Notes: generated from the sequence alone by a model not told the origin. 43,338 nucleotides of DNA from Archaeoglobaceae archaeon (GCA_046290005.1 JBKBUO010000002.1:1-43338); one strand, 5' to 3'. Positions 17,603-26,594 are shown, counted from the stretch's first letter. Numbers and translations: made by a program.

Positions 17603-19267
17603 ATGCAGTTTGTGATAAAAGAAGAGGGCGAGCTAAATGGATGGCCCACGTATGCTTGGGCTGTAAAAAGATTGCCGAAAGAATTGGCTAAAACTGAGAC
17701 TGTAAAGGAAGTGCTTGAAACTGCATCTGAAATTCGTGGGGATAGAACTTACGCAATATACTCAGATACAGGAGAAAGCATGAGCTATTATGAGTTGAAC
17801 AGAGATGCGAACAAGATAGCGAACTCTCTTATGGAGCTTGGAGTTCAAAAAGGAGATAGAGTGGCGCTCTATTTGAGAAATTCTCTCGATTATCTCCGAT
17901 GCATTTATGCATGTTCAAAGATTGGTGCAATTGAGGTGCCGGTTAATTGGTTCTACCGAGAGTTCGATGCAAAACATGTTATAAAGAACAGTGAGGCGAG
18001 CGTTTGCATCGTAGAGGAAGATTTACTTCCGATTGTTGAGACCATAAGAGGTGATTTGCCTAATCTAAAGCATATTGCGGTTCGCGGAGAGGCAAAGGAG
18101 TATCAAAAACTTGAAGACTTAAAGGGAAGTTCGAAAAATCCTGAGACAAAGATCACAGCAGAGGATCCGATGGCGATAATATACACTTCTGGAACAACTG
18201 GGCTACCTAAAGGCGCCATCTTGTCAAATAAATCATATGTGTTGTCAGCTAAAGCGATCGCTTTGTGGATGGTCGATGAAAATGCGAACGACTACACTGG
18301 GTTACCGCTCTTCCACATAAATGCTCAGATATACTCAAGCCTTGGGATGATGATCGCAGGCGGAGTTTTGACACTCAGGAGTCTGTTCTCTGCGTCGATG
18401 TTTTGGGAAGACATAACTCGCTATAAATGCACGCATTTTAACCTTCTCGGCTCGCTTGCGAACATCCTGTATTCCTTACCACCTTCAGAATACGAAAAAG
18501 ACAATCCAGCAAAATATGTCATAATTGGTGGTATGCCAATAGAAATCTGGAAGAAATTCGAAGAGAGGTTCGGAGTAGAGGTTCTCGAAGGCTATAGCAT
18601 GACTGAAGACCCACTTCCGTGTCTCAATCCACCCGGGAAATACAAAAAGATAGGAAGCTTTGGCGTTCCAGTTTTCCCAGACTTGGGACACGATGCAAAG
18701 ATCGTTGACGATGCTGGCAACGAAGTTCCGTTTGGCAGCGTTGGCGAACTTGTGAGGAAGAATCCAGCGCAGATGATTGGTTATTACAAAGCACCTGAAA
18801 AGACTGCTGAAGTTGTGAAAGATGGTTGGCTTTTTAGCGGTGACTTCGCTAAAATGGACAACGAAGGGTATCTGTATTTCGTTGATAGGAAGAAGTTCAT
18901 CGTCCGCCGTAGTGGAGAGAACATAGCAAGCTGGGAGATCGAAGCTGTGCTTAAGAGTCATCCAAAAGTCGCAGACGCAGCAGTGATTCCTGTCCCAGAT
19001 CTGATTAGGGGTGAGGAGATAAAGGCATTTGTTATGCCGAAGTATGGAGAAGAGCTGAAAGAAGAAGAGTTGATCGAGTTTATGGCTGGAAAGGTTGCTT
19101 ATTTCAAGGTTCCAAGATATATAGAGCTCGTTGATTTCTTCCCTTACACGCCAACTGGTAGAGTTAAGAAATGGGAGTTGAAAGAAAAAGAGAAAGAAAG
19201 GGCTGACCATGGCTGGGACAGAGACAAGATGATTCCAGATTGGAGAACAAGATACAAGGCGAGGTGA
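17603..19267 (+). CDS. AMP-forming acyl-CoA synthetase
   Basis: AMP-binding motif IIYTSGTTGLPKGA and C-terminal PRYIELVDFFPYTPTGRVKK. I prefer ATG 17603 (GGTGA RBS) over the track start at 17570, which lies inside the promoter box. Confidence 0.85.
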   Translation: MQFVIKEEGELNGWPTYAWAVKRLPKELAKTETVKEVLETASEIRGDRTYAIYSDTGESMSYYELNRDANKIANSLMELGVQKGDRVALYLRNSLDYLRCIYACSKIGAIEVPVNWFYREFDAKHVIKNSEASVCIVEEDLLPIVETIRGDLPNLKHIAVRGEAKEYQKLEDLKGSSKNPETKITAEDPMAIIYTSGTTGLPKGAILSNKSYVLSAKAIALWMVDENANDYTGLPLFHINAQIYSSLGMMIAGGVLTLRSLFSASMFWEDITRYKCTHFNLLGSLANILYSLPPSEYEKDNPAKYVIIGGMPIEIWKKFEERFGVEVLEGYSMTEDPLPCLNPPGKYKKIGSFGVPVFPDLGHDAKIVDDAGNEVPFGSVGELVRKNPAQMIGYYKAPEKTAEVVKDGWLFSGDFAKMDNEGYLYFVDRKKFIVRRSGENIASWEIEAVLKSHPKVADAAVIPVPDLIRGEEIKAFVMPKYGEELKEEELIEFMAGKVAYFKVPRYIELVDFFPYTPTGRVKKWELKEKEKERADHGWDRDKMIPDWRTRYKAR

Positions 19268-20343
19268 GTTATCTGCGTGTTGCAATCATAGGGATTGGAT
19301 TTTCAGAGTTCGGCATACTCAACGAACCCTTCTACAACACTTCGTTTTTGGCAGCAAGGGAAGCGATAGGAGATGCGTCCATAGAAAGGGGAGAAATAGA
19401 CAGCTTTGTCCTTGGAGGCTATGATAGTCTCGGCGTAGGGAGAACAATAGCGAACATGTATACAGCCCCGGCTGCAGGAGCTTATCTCAGACACGAGATC
19501 AGAGTAACCGATGATTCAGCATTTGCGCTTGCTTTAGCGTTTATGCGAGTAAAGAGTGGTTTGAGCGATATATGCATGGTCTTAGGATTTGGGAAAAGCT
19601 CTGAAACTCCAGTTGAGCTTGTTGAACTGCAGAGTCTTGATCCATTCTTTTCACGCCCTTTAAACTTGTCTCTTCAGATGAGCTTTGCAATGCAGAGCTT
19701 TTGTTATCGCAGGAAGTATGGAATTGATGATGAAAAGATTGCGGAATGCGTTGCTAAAGACACTGAGAACGGCTCTAAAAATCCAAGGGCTTTTTTAAGA
19801 AAAAAGATAAGCGTTGAGGACGTTTTGAACTCAAAAATGGCGGTTTATCCGTTGAGAGAACTCGAAATTGCCAAGTGGTGCGATGGAAGTGTGGCGTTGA
19901 TTTTAGCAAGCGAGACAATCGCAAAAAGGATTTGTGAGAGACCAGTTTGGATAAAAGGCGTTGGTTGGAGCAACTCTGGCTATTATTTCGATGAATTAGA
20001 TTCGCTTCCGGCAACGAAACTCTCTGCAGATATGGCTTTCAAGATGGCAGGAGTTGAAAGAAGAGAAGTTGAAGCGGTTGAAGCAATGGACCTCGTAAGT
20101 GATCACCAGCCAATGATTCTCGAAGCCTTAGGTTTTGCAGAAAAAGGAAAGGGTCTTGATGTGAATGTAGAAGTTAACAAATCAGGCGGTGCTATTTGCA
20201 CGAATGTCTACGGTTCCACTGGGCTCTTTCTCATTGCGAATCTCATTGAAAGGATAAGGAGCGGTGAAATCGGCATCGGCGTAGCGCAGGCTATGAGTGG
20301 TTACGCTGGGCAGAGGGCTTGTGTTTCCGTTTTTGGTGTGTAG
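19264..20343 (+). CDS. Thiolase-fold (SCP-x type) protein, subunit type A, without the canonical catalytic Cys/His
   Basis: RVAIIGIGFSEFG at the N-terminus, CDGSVALILASE, VNKSGGAICTNVYGSTG. The nucleophile loop reads RVTDDSAFALALAFMRVKSG, with no Cys. I propose the GTG start at 19264, which overlaps the upstream TGA. Confidence 0.75.
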   Translation: MSYLRVAIIGIGFSEFGILNEPFYNTSFLAAREAIGDASIERGEIDSFVLGGYDSLGVGRTIANMYTAPAAGAYLRHEIRVTDDSAFALALAFMRVKSGLSDICMVLGFGKSSETPVELVELQSLDPFFSRPLNLSLQMSFAMQSFCYRRKYGIDDEKIAECVAKDTENGSKNPRAFLRKKISVEDVLNSKMAVYPLRELEIAKWCDGSVALILASETIAKRICERPVWIKGVGWSNSGYYFDELDSLPATKLSADMAFKMAGVERREVEAVEAMDLVSDHQPMILEALGFAEKGKGLDVNVEVNKSGGAICTNVYGSTGLFLIANLIERIRSGEIGIGVAQAMSGYAGQRACVSVFGV

Positions 20344-20345
20344 AG

Positions 20346-21503
20346 ATGAAGAGAGTTGCGATTGTTGGTTGTGGGCAAACGGAGTTCAAAACCAAGCACA
20401 AGAAAACGCATCCCGAAATCGTATACGAAGCTGTAAAGAGAGCCCTTGACCATGCTGGACTCGACATAAAAGACATTGAAGCTGTTGTTTATGGCTGCAT
20501 GGATCCATTTGATGGAATTTATCGCCCTGAACTGTGGGATTCCACCGCTACTGGTATTTTCAAGCCGATGATGAAGATAAGCACAGGAGGGACCACAGGA
20601 CTAACGACTGCGCTCGCTGCTTACGAAACAGTAGCAAGCGGTCTTTTCGATGTTGTAATGGCTGTTTGCGTTCAACGTGTTGGCGAGTGCGCAGATGCGC
20701 AATCCGTGCTAAACACCGCAGTAGATCCAATATACGAACGTTTCTCAGGTGTCGGAGCAATTACAGCATCGGCGTTTCAGGCTACCGCTTATATGCATAA
20801 GTACAACGCTACCGAAGAAGATTTAGCCTATGTTAGCGTAAAAGATCACGAGAATGCTCTGAAAAATCCATATGCTCATATAAAAATGAGAGTAAGCATA
20901 GAAGATGTTTTGAAAAGTCCAGTTATATGCTCTCCGCTGAAGTTGCTCGAATGTTGTCCAAGAAGCGATGGCGCCGCTACTATTATTTTTGCAAGTGAAG
21001 AAGTTGCAAAAAAACTGAGAGATAATCCCGCATGGATTCTTGGAGAGACAACGATAAGCGACAGCTATTACTTGGGAGTTCGCCCAGACTTCAGCTTTTG
21101 GGATTCCCTAAGCATTGCGGGAAGAAGACTCTATAGAGCAGTTGGGATTGATAATTCAATGAAAGATTTTGATGTTGCAGAACTATATTCTGCTTTTACA
21201 ATTCAAGAAGTCTTAGAACTTGAAGCCCTCGGGTTTGCAAAAGAGGGACAGGGCAAGGATTTTGCTAAGGAAGGGATAACAGCTGTTGATGGCGAAATGC
21301 CAACGAATCCATCGGGAGGAGTTCTCTGCACAAACCCCATAGGAGCAAGCGGGCTTGTAAGACTAATAGAGGCTTCGCTTCAAGTCATGAGAGAGGCGAG
21401 CAACCAAGTCGAAAATGCTGAAGTTGCACTGGCTCATGCTTGGGGAGGGACCTTGCAGTTCCATACTCTTGTGGTCGTTTCTTCAAAAAAGAGGTTGAGG
21501 TGA
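20346..21503 (+). CDS. Thiolase-fold (SCP-x type) protein, subunit type B, without the canonical catalytic Cys/His
   Basis: MKRVAIVGCGQTEF, CCPRSDGAATIIFASEE, NPSGGVLCTNPIGASG. The nucleophile loop reads ISTGGTTGLTTALAAYETVASG, with Gly in place of Cys. Confidence 0.8.
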   Translation: MKRVAIVGCGQTEFKTKHKKTHPEIVYEAVKRALDHAGLDIKDIEAVVYGCMDPFDGIYRPELWDSTATGIFKPMMKISTGGTTGLTTALAAYETVASGLFDVVMAVCVQRVGECADAQSVLNTAVDPIYERFSGVGAITASAFQATAYMHKYNATEEDLAYVSVKDHENALKNPYAHIKMRVSIEDVLKSPVICSPLKLLECCPRSDGAATIIFASEEVAKKLRDNPAWILGETTISDSYYLGVRPDFSFWDSLSIAGRRLYRAVGIDNSMKDFDVAELYSAFTIQEVLELEALGFAKEGQGKDFAKEGITAVDGEMPTNPSGGVLCTNPIGASGLVRLIEASLQVMREASNQVENAEVALAHAWGGTLQFHTLVVVSSKKRLR

Positions 21504-21964
21504 GAAAAGTGAGCGATGTTATGGAGTTTGAGGTCTGGTGGAAGATTCCATTTAGGCATTACGCCGGAATACATGCTACAAAATTTTTTGAAGGATTAAA
21601 AAATAAAAAGATTCTCGGAGTAAAATGCCCTAAGTGTGAGAGGGTCCTTGTTCCGCCAAGGGCATTTTGCGAGCGATGCTTTGTTGAGACAAACGAATGG
21701 GTCGAGGTTAAGGATGAGGGAGTTGTGGTGACACTGAGCGTAACTTACATGAAATTCACAGGTCTTCCTGATCCGCCATACGCAGTTGGGATTGTGAAGT
21801 TAGATGGCGCTGATACCGGGATTCTCTGTTACCTTGGTGGGATAGACTTAAGCGATTGGAAAAAAGTGCATGAAGTCTTCAAACCTGGAACCAGAGTCAA
21901 AGCAGTCTGGAAAGATATTCCTGAGGGCAAGATAACGGATATTCTCTACTTTAAGGTGGTGTGA
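21500..21964 (+). CDS. DUF35 protein (zinc ribbon plus OB fold), a partner of thiolase-fold enzymes
   Basis: A CPKC...CERC rubredoxin-like ribbon followed by an OB-fold-like C-terminus. The start is ambiguous: GTG 21500 overlapping the stop, GTG 21509, or ATG 21521. Confidence 0.8.
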   Translation: MRKVSDVMEFEVWWKIPFRHYAGIHATKFFEGLKNKKILGVKCPKCERVLVPPRAFCERCFVETNEWVEVKDEGVVVTLSVTYMKFTGLPDPPYAVGIVKLDGADTGILCYLGGIDLSDWKKVHEVFKPGTRVKAVWKDIPEGKITDILYFKVV

Positions 21965-22407
21965 TGGAGGTTCTATATTTTGAGGAATTCGAAGTGGGAA
22001 GGGAATTCGAAACTGCTGGAAGAACGATTACAGAAGCGGACATAGTTAACTTTGCGGGTATTACTGGTGATTGGAATCAACTTCATACAGACGCTGAATT
22101 CGCAAAAAATACGATCTTTGGTCAGAGAATAGCACATGGAGCACTTGTATTTTCCATAATGACAGGACTACTTGTGAGACTTGGTTTCATCGAAAAAACG
22201 ATCATCGCATTTTATGGAATCGACAAACTGCGTTTCACGAACCCAGTTTTCATAGGTGACACAATAAAGGCGGTTGCCAAGGTTACTGAGAAAGAGGATA
22301 GGAGAGCATACGGAGTCGTTACTATTGAGTCAAGAGTCGTTAAACAAACTGGCGATGTTGTGCTCAAGTGCGTTTTAAAGGTGGCGGTTAAAAAGAAGGG
22401 TGAGTAG
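21964..22407 (+). CDS. MaoC-like (R)-specific enoyl-CoA hydratase (hot-dog fold)
   Basis: The hydratase 2 motif FAGITGDWNQLHTDAEFA. The start overlaps the DUF35 stop (TGATG). Confidence 0.85.
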   Translation: MEVLYFEEFEVGREFETAGRTITEADIVNFAGITGDWNQLHTDAEFAKNTIFGQRIAHGALVFSIMTGLLVRLGFIEKTIIAFYGIDKLRFTNPVFIGDTIKAVAKVTEKEDRRAYGVVTIESRVVKQTGDVVLKCVLKVAVKKKGE

Positions 22408-22408
22408 G

Positions 22409-23650
22409 ATGGAATTCGAGTTTACCGAGGAGCAAAAGATGATTGCAAACTCAGCGAAAGAGATCGCAGAGGACTTCCCGCCAGAGTATTGGAGAGAAAA
22501 GGATGCAAAAGGTGAGTTTGCGGAGGAGTTTTTCAAGGCAATTGCAAAGGCTGGATTTTTTGGAATCGTGATTCCAGAAGAATACGGTGGCTCCGGCTAT
22601 GGAGTCACCGAGCTTTTGATTGCGATGGAAGAATTGGCTGCGAATGGCTGTGGAGCAGGAGGAGTTTGGTATTTCGTTCTAACAGAGGTTTTTGGAGCAT
22701 TGCCCATAGTCAGATATGGGAGCGAAGCTCAGAAAGAGAAATACTTACCAAAGATAGCAAGAGGAGAGCTCGAGTTCTGTATGGCTCTCACTGAGCCAGA
22801 TGCGGGAACGAACACGTTGGCTATAAAAACGAGAGCTGTAAAAGACGGCGATGAGTGGGTGATCAACGGGAACAAGATATGGATAAGCGGTGTAGATAGG
22901 GCTAAGGGGATGCTACTCGTAACGAGGACGACACCTTTGGGAAGTGCACCGAGGAAAAGCCTAGGTTTAACACTTTTCCTCGTCGATCTACCGAGCAAGG
23001 CGGTTAAGATAAATCCGATTCCGAAACACGGTATAAACTTTTCTAAGAGCTGTGAAGTCAGCATAAGTGCTCTAAGGGTTAAAGATGATGCAATCCTTGG
23101 CGAGAAGGATCTTGGATGGTATCTGTTGCTCGACGTCCTAAACCCCGAGAGAATGTCTGCAGCAGCTGGAGCAATTGGAGGAGCAACTCTTGCAATAAGA
23201 AAGGCAGTAGAATATTCGAAGCAGAGAAAAGTCTTTGCGGATCCGATTGGTAGCTACCAAGGACTTCAGTTCCCAATTGCAGAAGCTTTCTCTGGACTAA
23301 AGTGCGCAGAGTTGATGATGTTTAAAGCTGCGTGGCTTTACGACAACAAGTTCAAAAGCGAGGACGTGAAAGATCCCAAGAAGAGGTTTGAACTTGCACC
23401 GATTTTCAAAGAAATAGGAGATTGCTCGAATCTTTCAAAAGTTGTTGCGGTGGAGAACGCAATCAAAGCGGTTTACTGGGCTATGCAAGTCTTTGGTGGC
23501 TATGGCTATGCAAAGGAATACGATGTGGAGAGATGGTGGCGGGAAGTGAACTTGCTCAGACTTGCTCCTGTGACACAGCAGATGGCTCTGAACTACATCG
23601 CTGAGCACATCCTCGGGATGCCGAGAAGTTACAGAACAGGCTATGAGTGA
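22409..23650 (+). CDS. Acyl-CoA dehydrogenase with the catalytic Glu apparently at the IVD/LCAD-type position
   Basis: N-terminal FEFTEEQKM, ALTEPDAGTN, and the C-terminal FGGYGYAKEYDVERWWRE. LDVLNPERMSAAAG carries a Glu before the conserved Arg. The usual YEGT Glu site reads RLAPVT. Confidence 0.85.
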   Translation: MEFEFTEEQKMIANSAKEIAEDFPPEYWREKDAKGEFAEEFFKAIAKAGFFGIVIPEEYGGSGYGVTELLIAMEELAANGCGAGGVWYFVLTEVFGALPIVRYGSEAQKEKYLPKIARGELEFCMALTEPDAGTNTLAIKTRAVKDGDEWVINGNKIWISGVDRAKGMLLVTRTTPLGSAPRKSLGLTLFLVDLPSKAVKINPIPKHGINFSKSCEVSISALRVKDDAILGEKDLGWYLLLDVLNPERMSAAAGAIGGATLAIRKAVEYSKQRKVFADPIGSYQGLQFPIAEAFSGLKCAELMMFKAAWLYDNKFKSEDVKDPKKRFELAPIFKEIGDCSNLSKVVAVENAIKAVYWAMQVFGGYGYAKEYDVERWWREVNLLRLAPVTQQMALNYIAEHILGMPRSYRTGYE

Positions 23651-25481
23651 AATCAAAAAAGTTGTAAAAGGGAAAGAGTTAGAAACAATGAAGAGAGAGA
23701 GCTTAAACGAGATGCTTTGGAGCACAGCAAAGGAGCATCCAGAAAAACCATGCGTGAGCTTTTACGATGATGGCAAACTGAAATCGATCAGCTATATAGA
23801 CTTCTGGAACCTTGTAGAAAGAATTTCAAAAGGTCTAATCGAGCTCGGTTTTAAAAAAGGCGATAGGGTGGCGATTTTGAGTTCTACGAGATACGAGTGG
23901 GAGCTTTTTGACTTCGCAGTAATGTGCACTGGAGCCATAGTTGTGCCGATCCATACTACTCTTAGCGGGGACATCGTTCGTTATATATTGAAAGACTCGG
24001 GATCGAAGCTAATAGTGGTTGAAAACAAGGAGCTTCGGGAAAAAATTGGGGATTACGAGATAGAAAAGATAGAGATCGAAGATAAAAGCTCAGTTGAAGA
24101 GTTGATGAAACTGGGGGAAGAAAGCGAAGTGGACTTCGAGAAGTTATGGAAATCTGTGAAACCCGAAGACATTTCGAGCATCGTTTACACCTCAGGAACA
24201 ACAGGGGAGCCTAAAGGAGCAATTCTCACCCATTGGAACTGGAGATTTAACGCGATGTCTGTTATGTCGATAATACCCTTTTACCCAGGTGAGCCCTATA
24301 TCTGCTATCTACCGCTTAGCCATGTTTTTCAAAGGCTGGTTTTTTATGCGGGAATTAGCAGGGGAGCAAATGCCGTCTTTACCCCTCCTGCAAGATTTTT
24401 AGATACACTGAGATCTGTCAAGCCAGTTGCCTTCGTTACCGTGCCCAGAATCCTCGAAAGAGTTAACAAGGGACTTTTGGAGAACGTTGAAAAGCAGAGT
24501 GAACTGAAGAAGAGGATCTTTTACTGGTCGAGAAAAGTTGCAATAGAGTGTGGTGAGAAAATAAGCAAAGGCGAAAGATTTGGACTTGGACTGAGGATAA
24601 GAAGATTTTTCGCGGACAAGCTCGTTTATAGCAAAATAAGAAATGCTCTTGGATTGCAAAACATTCGCTTCATTTGCTCTGCAGCCGCTGAACTGCGAAA
24701 AGATCTTGCTTACATGTTTAACGGTATGGGCATTCCTGTGATAGAAGGCTATGGGATGACAGAAACCGCAGCTCCAACGAATCTGAATCCATTGAAAAGG
24801 TTTAAACCCGGCACTGTTGGTCCACCGATACCTGGAATAATGGAAGCGATTGCAGAAGATGGGGAAATCCTTGTAAAAGGAGATAACGTCATGCTTGGCT
24901 ATTGGAACAAACCAGACGAAACTGCAAGGTGCTTCACAGAAGACGGTTGGTTCAAAACAGGCGACCTTGGCGATTTTGATAAGGATGGCTACCTGATCTT
25001 CCTTGGTAGAAAGAAACACATCATCGCGCTCGACACAGGTAAAAAGGTTTCGCCTTCACGCATAGAGGAACTGTTGCTCCAAAGCCCCTACGTAAACGAC
25101 GCCTTACTGGTTGGTGACGGGAGACCATACATCGTAGCACTTATTGTTCCTAATTTTGCACTTCTTCTCGATTTGATCGAAAAAATGGGAATTGGTTACG
25201 ATAAGAGCAAGATCGTGGTTTCGAAGAGCGTCTCTGGAGACATGGAGATAAATGAGATTCCCAAGGACATTTTAGATCATCCAAAGGTCGTGGAGTTCTA
25301 TTCGAAGGTCGTCGAAGAGTTGAACCAGAAACTATCGGAGGAGGAGAAGATTAGAAAGTTCAAACTGCTCAACAGGACGTTTACTATAGAGAGAAACGAG
25401 TTGACGCCCACGCTAAAGAAGAGAACGCACGTTATCGTTGATCGCTACAAAGATCTAATCGATTCTCTTTATTCACGATAG
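23643..25481 (+). CDS. Long-chain-type AMP-forming acyl-CoA ligase
   Basis: IVYTSGTTGEPKGA, GYGMTETA, FKTGDLG, and the C-terminal NELTPTLKKR typical of FAA1/FadD15-like ligases. The start could instead be ATG 23688. Confidence 0.85.
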   Translation: MSEIKKVVKGKELETMKRESLNEMLWSTAKEHPEKPCVSFYDDGKLKSISYIDFWNLVERISKGLIELGFKKGDRVAILSSTRYEWELFDFAVMCTGAIVVPIHTTLSGDIVRYILKDSGSKLIVVENKELREKIGDYEIEKIEIEDKSSVEELMKLGEESEVDFEKLWKSVKPEDISSIVYTSGTTGEPKGAILTHWNWRFNAMSVMSIIPFYPGEPYICYLPLSHVFQRLVFYAGISRGANAVFTPPARFLDTLRSVKPVAFVTVPRILERVNKGLLENVEKQSELKKRIFYWSRKVAIECGEKISKGERFGLGLRIRRFFADKLVYSKIRNALGLQNIRFICSAAAELRKDLAYMFNGMGIPVIEGYGMTETAAPTNLNPLKRFKPGTVGPPIPGIMEAIAEDGEILVKGDNVMLGYWNKPDETARCFTEDGWFKTGDLGDFDKDGYLIFLGRKKHIIALDTGKKVSPSRIEELLLQSPYVNDALLVGDGRPYIVALIVPNFALLLDLIEKMGIGYDKSKIVVSKSVSGDMEINEIPKDILDHPKVVEFYSKVVEELNQKLSEEEKIRKFKLLNRTFTIERNELTPTLKKRTHVIVDRYKDLIDSLYSR

Positions 25482-25492
25482 GTCTCCGAAAA

Positions 25493-25505
25493 TTTTTTAT
25501 TTGAT
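25493..25505 (+). terminator. Oligo-T tract after the ligase gene
   Basis: A T6 run 12 nt after the stop at 25479-25481. Confidence 0.3.
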
Positions 25506-25522
25506 TTTAAACATTTGTTTTA

Positions 25523-26080
25523 ATGGTTAAGCGGAGAATACAGACCACGATCAGCGATGAAGCCTACAAAATAATCGAAAGGCACAAGGAGAAGTATAGT
25601 GGCATGAATGCAGTTATCGAAGAAGCTTTAAGGCTTTTAGATAGAAAAGAAGATATTTTAAGCGAAGACGATCTTTTGCTCTTGAAGCTCATACGCGACC
25701 TAGACTTTACAGGTTGCGGAAGAACGCAGTATCTCTATTTAATCCTAGGGGATATAGACAAGGCTGTCAAGGAAAGTTTAATGGAAACAGCGGTCGAGTG
25801 GTTTTTGAAGAAACCTTTCGTGGAAATAAGTCTTGAAGAGTTTCTTGAGACTGTGAAAAGAGGTTGGACGATTTTAAATAGGGCAGATTACATAGAGATC
25901 ACAAGAGAAAAGGACTCGATAGTGTTTTTCTGTGAGCACACGATGCGAAGAAAAGAAGTGAGTGAATTTCTCGCGAACCATATCCTCTGGATATACGAGA
26001 AATACTATCGTAGCAAATGGGATTTTTCTCTGAGCGTAACAACTAACAGCTTCACAATCAAGTTCACAACAAAGCGTTGA
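25523..26080 (+). CDS. Putative ribbon-helix-helix DNA-binding protein with an unknown C-terminal domain
   Basis: The N-terminal KRRIQTTISDEAYKIIERHKEKYSGMNAVIEEALRLL has a beta-strand / helix / helix pattern like CopG/Arc/MetJ. The remainder has no family I recognise. Confidence 0.4.
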   Translation: MVKRRIQTTISDEAYKIIERHKEKYSGMNAVIEEALRLLDRKEDILSEDDLLLLKLIRDLDFTGCGRTQYLYLILGDIDKAVKESLMETAVEWFLKKPFVEISLEEFLETVKRGWTILNRADYIEITREKDSIVFFCEHTMRRKEVSEFLANHILWIYEKYYRSKWDFSLSVTTNSFTIKFTTKR

Positions 26081-26087
26081 GTATTCG

Positions 26088-26147
26088 TGCTCAAGCTCCG
26101 AGGTTAAATTTTAATATTTGCTCATTCTATTTATTTTCGGTGGTGAA
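26088..26147 (+). promoter_or_regulatory. Promoter cassette P3: TATA plus a TGCTCAT box
   Basis: ttaaattttaatatttgctcat at 26104-26125. A second box tgctcaa at 26088-26094 lies 31 nt upstream. GGTGGTGA precedes ATG 26148. Confidence 0.5.
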
Positions 26148-26594
26148 ATGGTAACGAGGTATGAGGGCATACCATTTGTTGCTCGGTTCCAATGGAGCGT
26201 TGGGGAGCTTTTTGACGAATTTCTCAGTGGTCTAAGGAATGCAAAGCTCATGGCTTCGAAATGCGGTTGTGGTTACACCGTATTGCCCCCGAGGATAAGA
26301 TGCCCAAAGTGCCATGCAAAGATTGGTAAGGAGAACTTGATTGAGCTCAGCGGAAAAGGAATAGTAGAGACTTACACAAAAGTTTTCTTCAAGTTCGATG
26401 GTAGCGGAAACGAAATCTGGCTTGATAAACCAGAGATATTAGCCATGGTCAGATTTGAAGGTGCGAATTCTGTTCTCGTCTTTCCTTACTTGGATGCCGA
26501 AATCTCTGAAGGACTTGAAGTGGAAATCGTATGGAGAGAGGAGAGGAGCGGTAGCGTTTCAGACATCTTGGGCGTTAGGAAGGTGAGAAGATGA
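26148..26594 (+). CDS. DUF35 protein (zinc ribbon plus OB fold)
   Basis: A CGCG...CPKC ribbon. I prefer ATG 26148 over the TTG at 26118, which lies inside the promoter box. Confidence 0.8.
   Translation: MVTRYEGIPFVARFQWSVGELFDEFLSGLRNAKLMASKCGCGYTVLPPRIRCPKCHAKIGKENLIELSGKGIVETYTKVFFKFDGSGNEIWLDKPEILAMVRFEGANSVLVFPYLDAEISEGLEVEIVWREERSGSVSDILGVRKVRR

Noticed and set aside
18485-19285. A 266-aa minus-strand ORF, with similar long antisense ORFs at 30405-31223 (272 aa), 24399-25019 (206 aa) and 14989-15399 (136 aa).
   Set aside because: Each lies fully antisense to a gene with strong family motifs (acyl-CoA ligases, hydantoinase A). The translations are Ser/Leu/Phe-rich with no recognisable motifs. 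They are shadow ORFs.
19264-21964. Reading the thiolase-fold + DUF35 genes as the archaeal mevalonate-pathway thiolase / HMG-CoA synthase / DUF35 complex or a PhlACB-type acyltransferase.
   Set aside because: Neither partner looks like an HMG-CoA synthase or KAS-III-type protein, and both lack the nucleophilic Cys those systems require. The operon context is catabolic (MaoC, ACAD, ligases).
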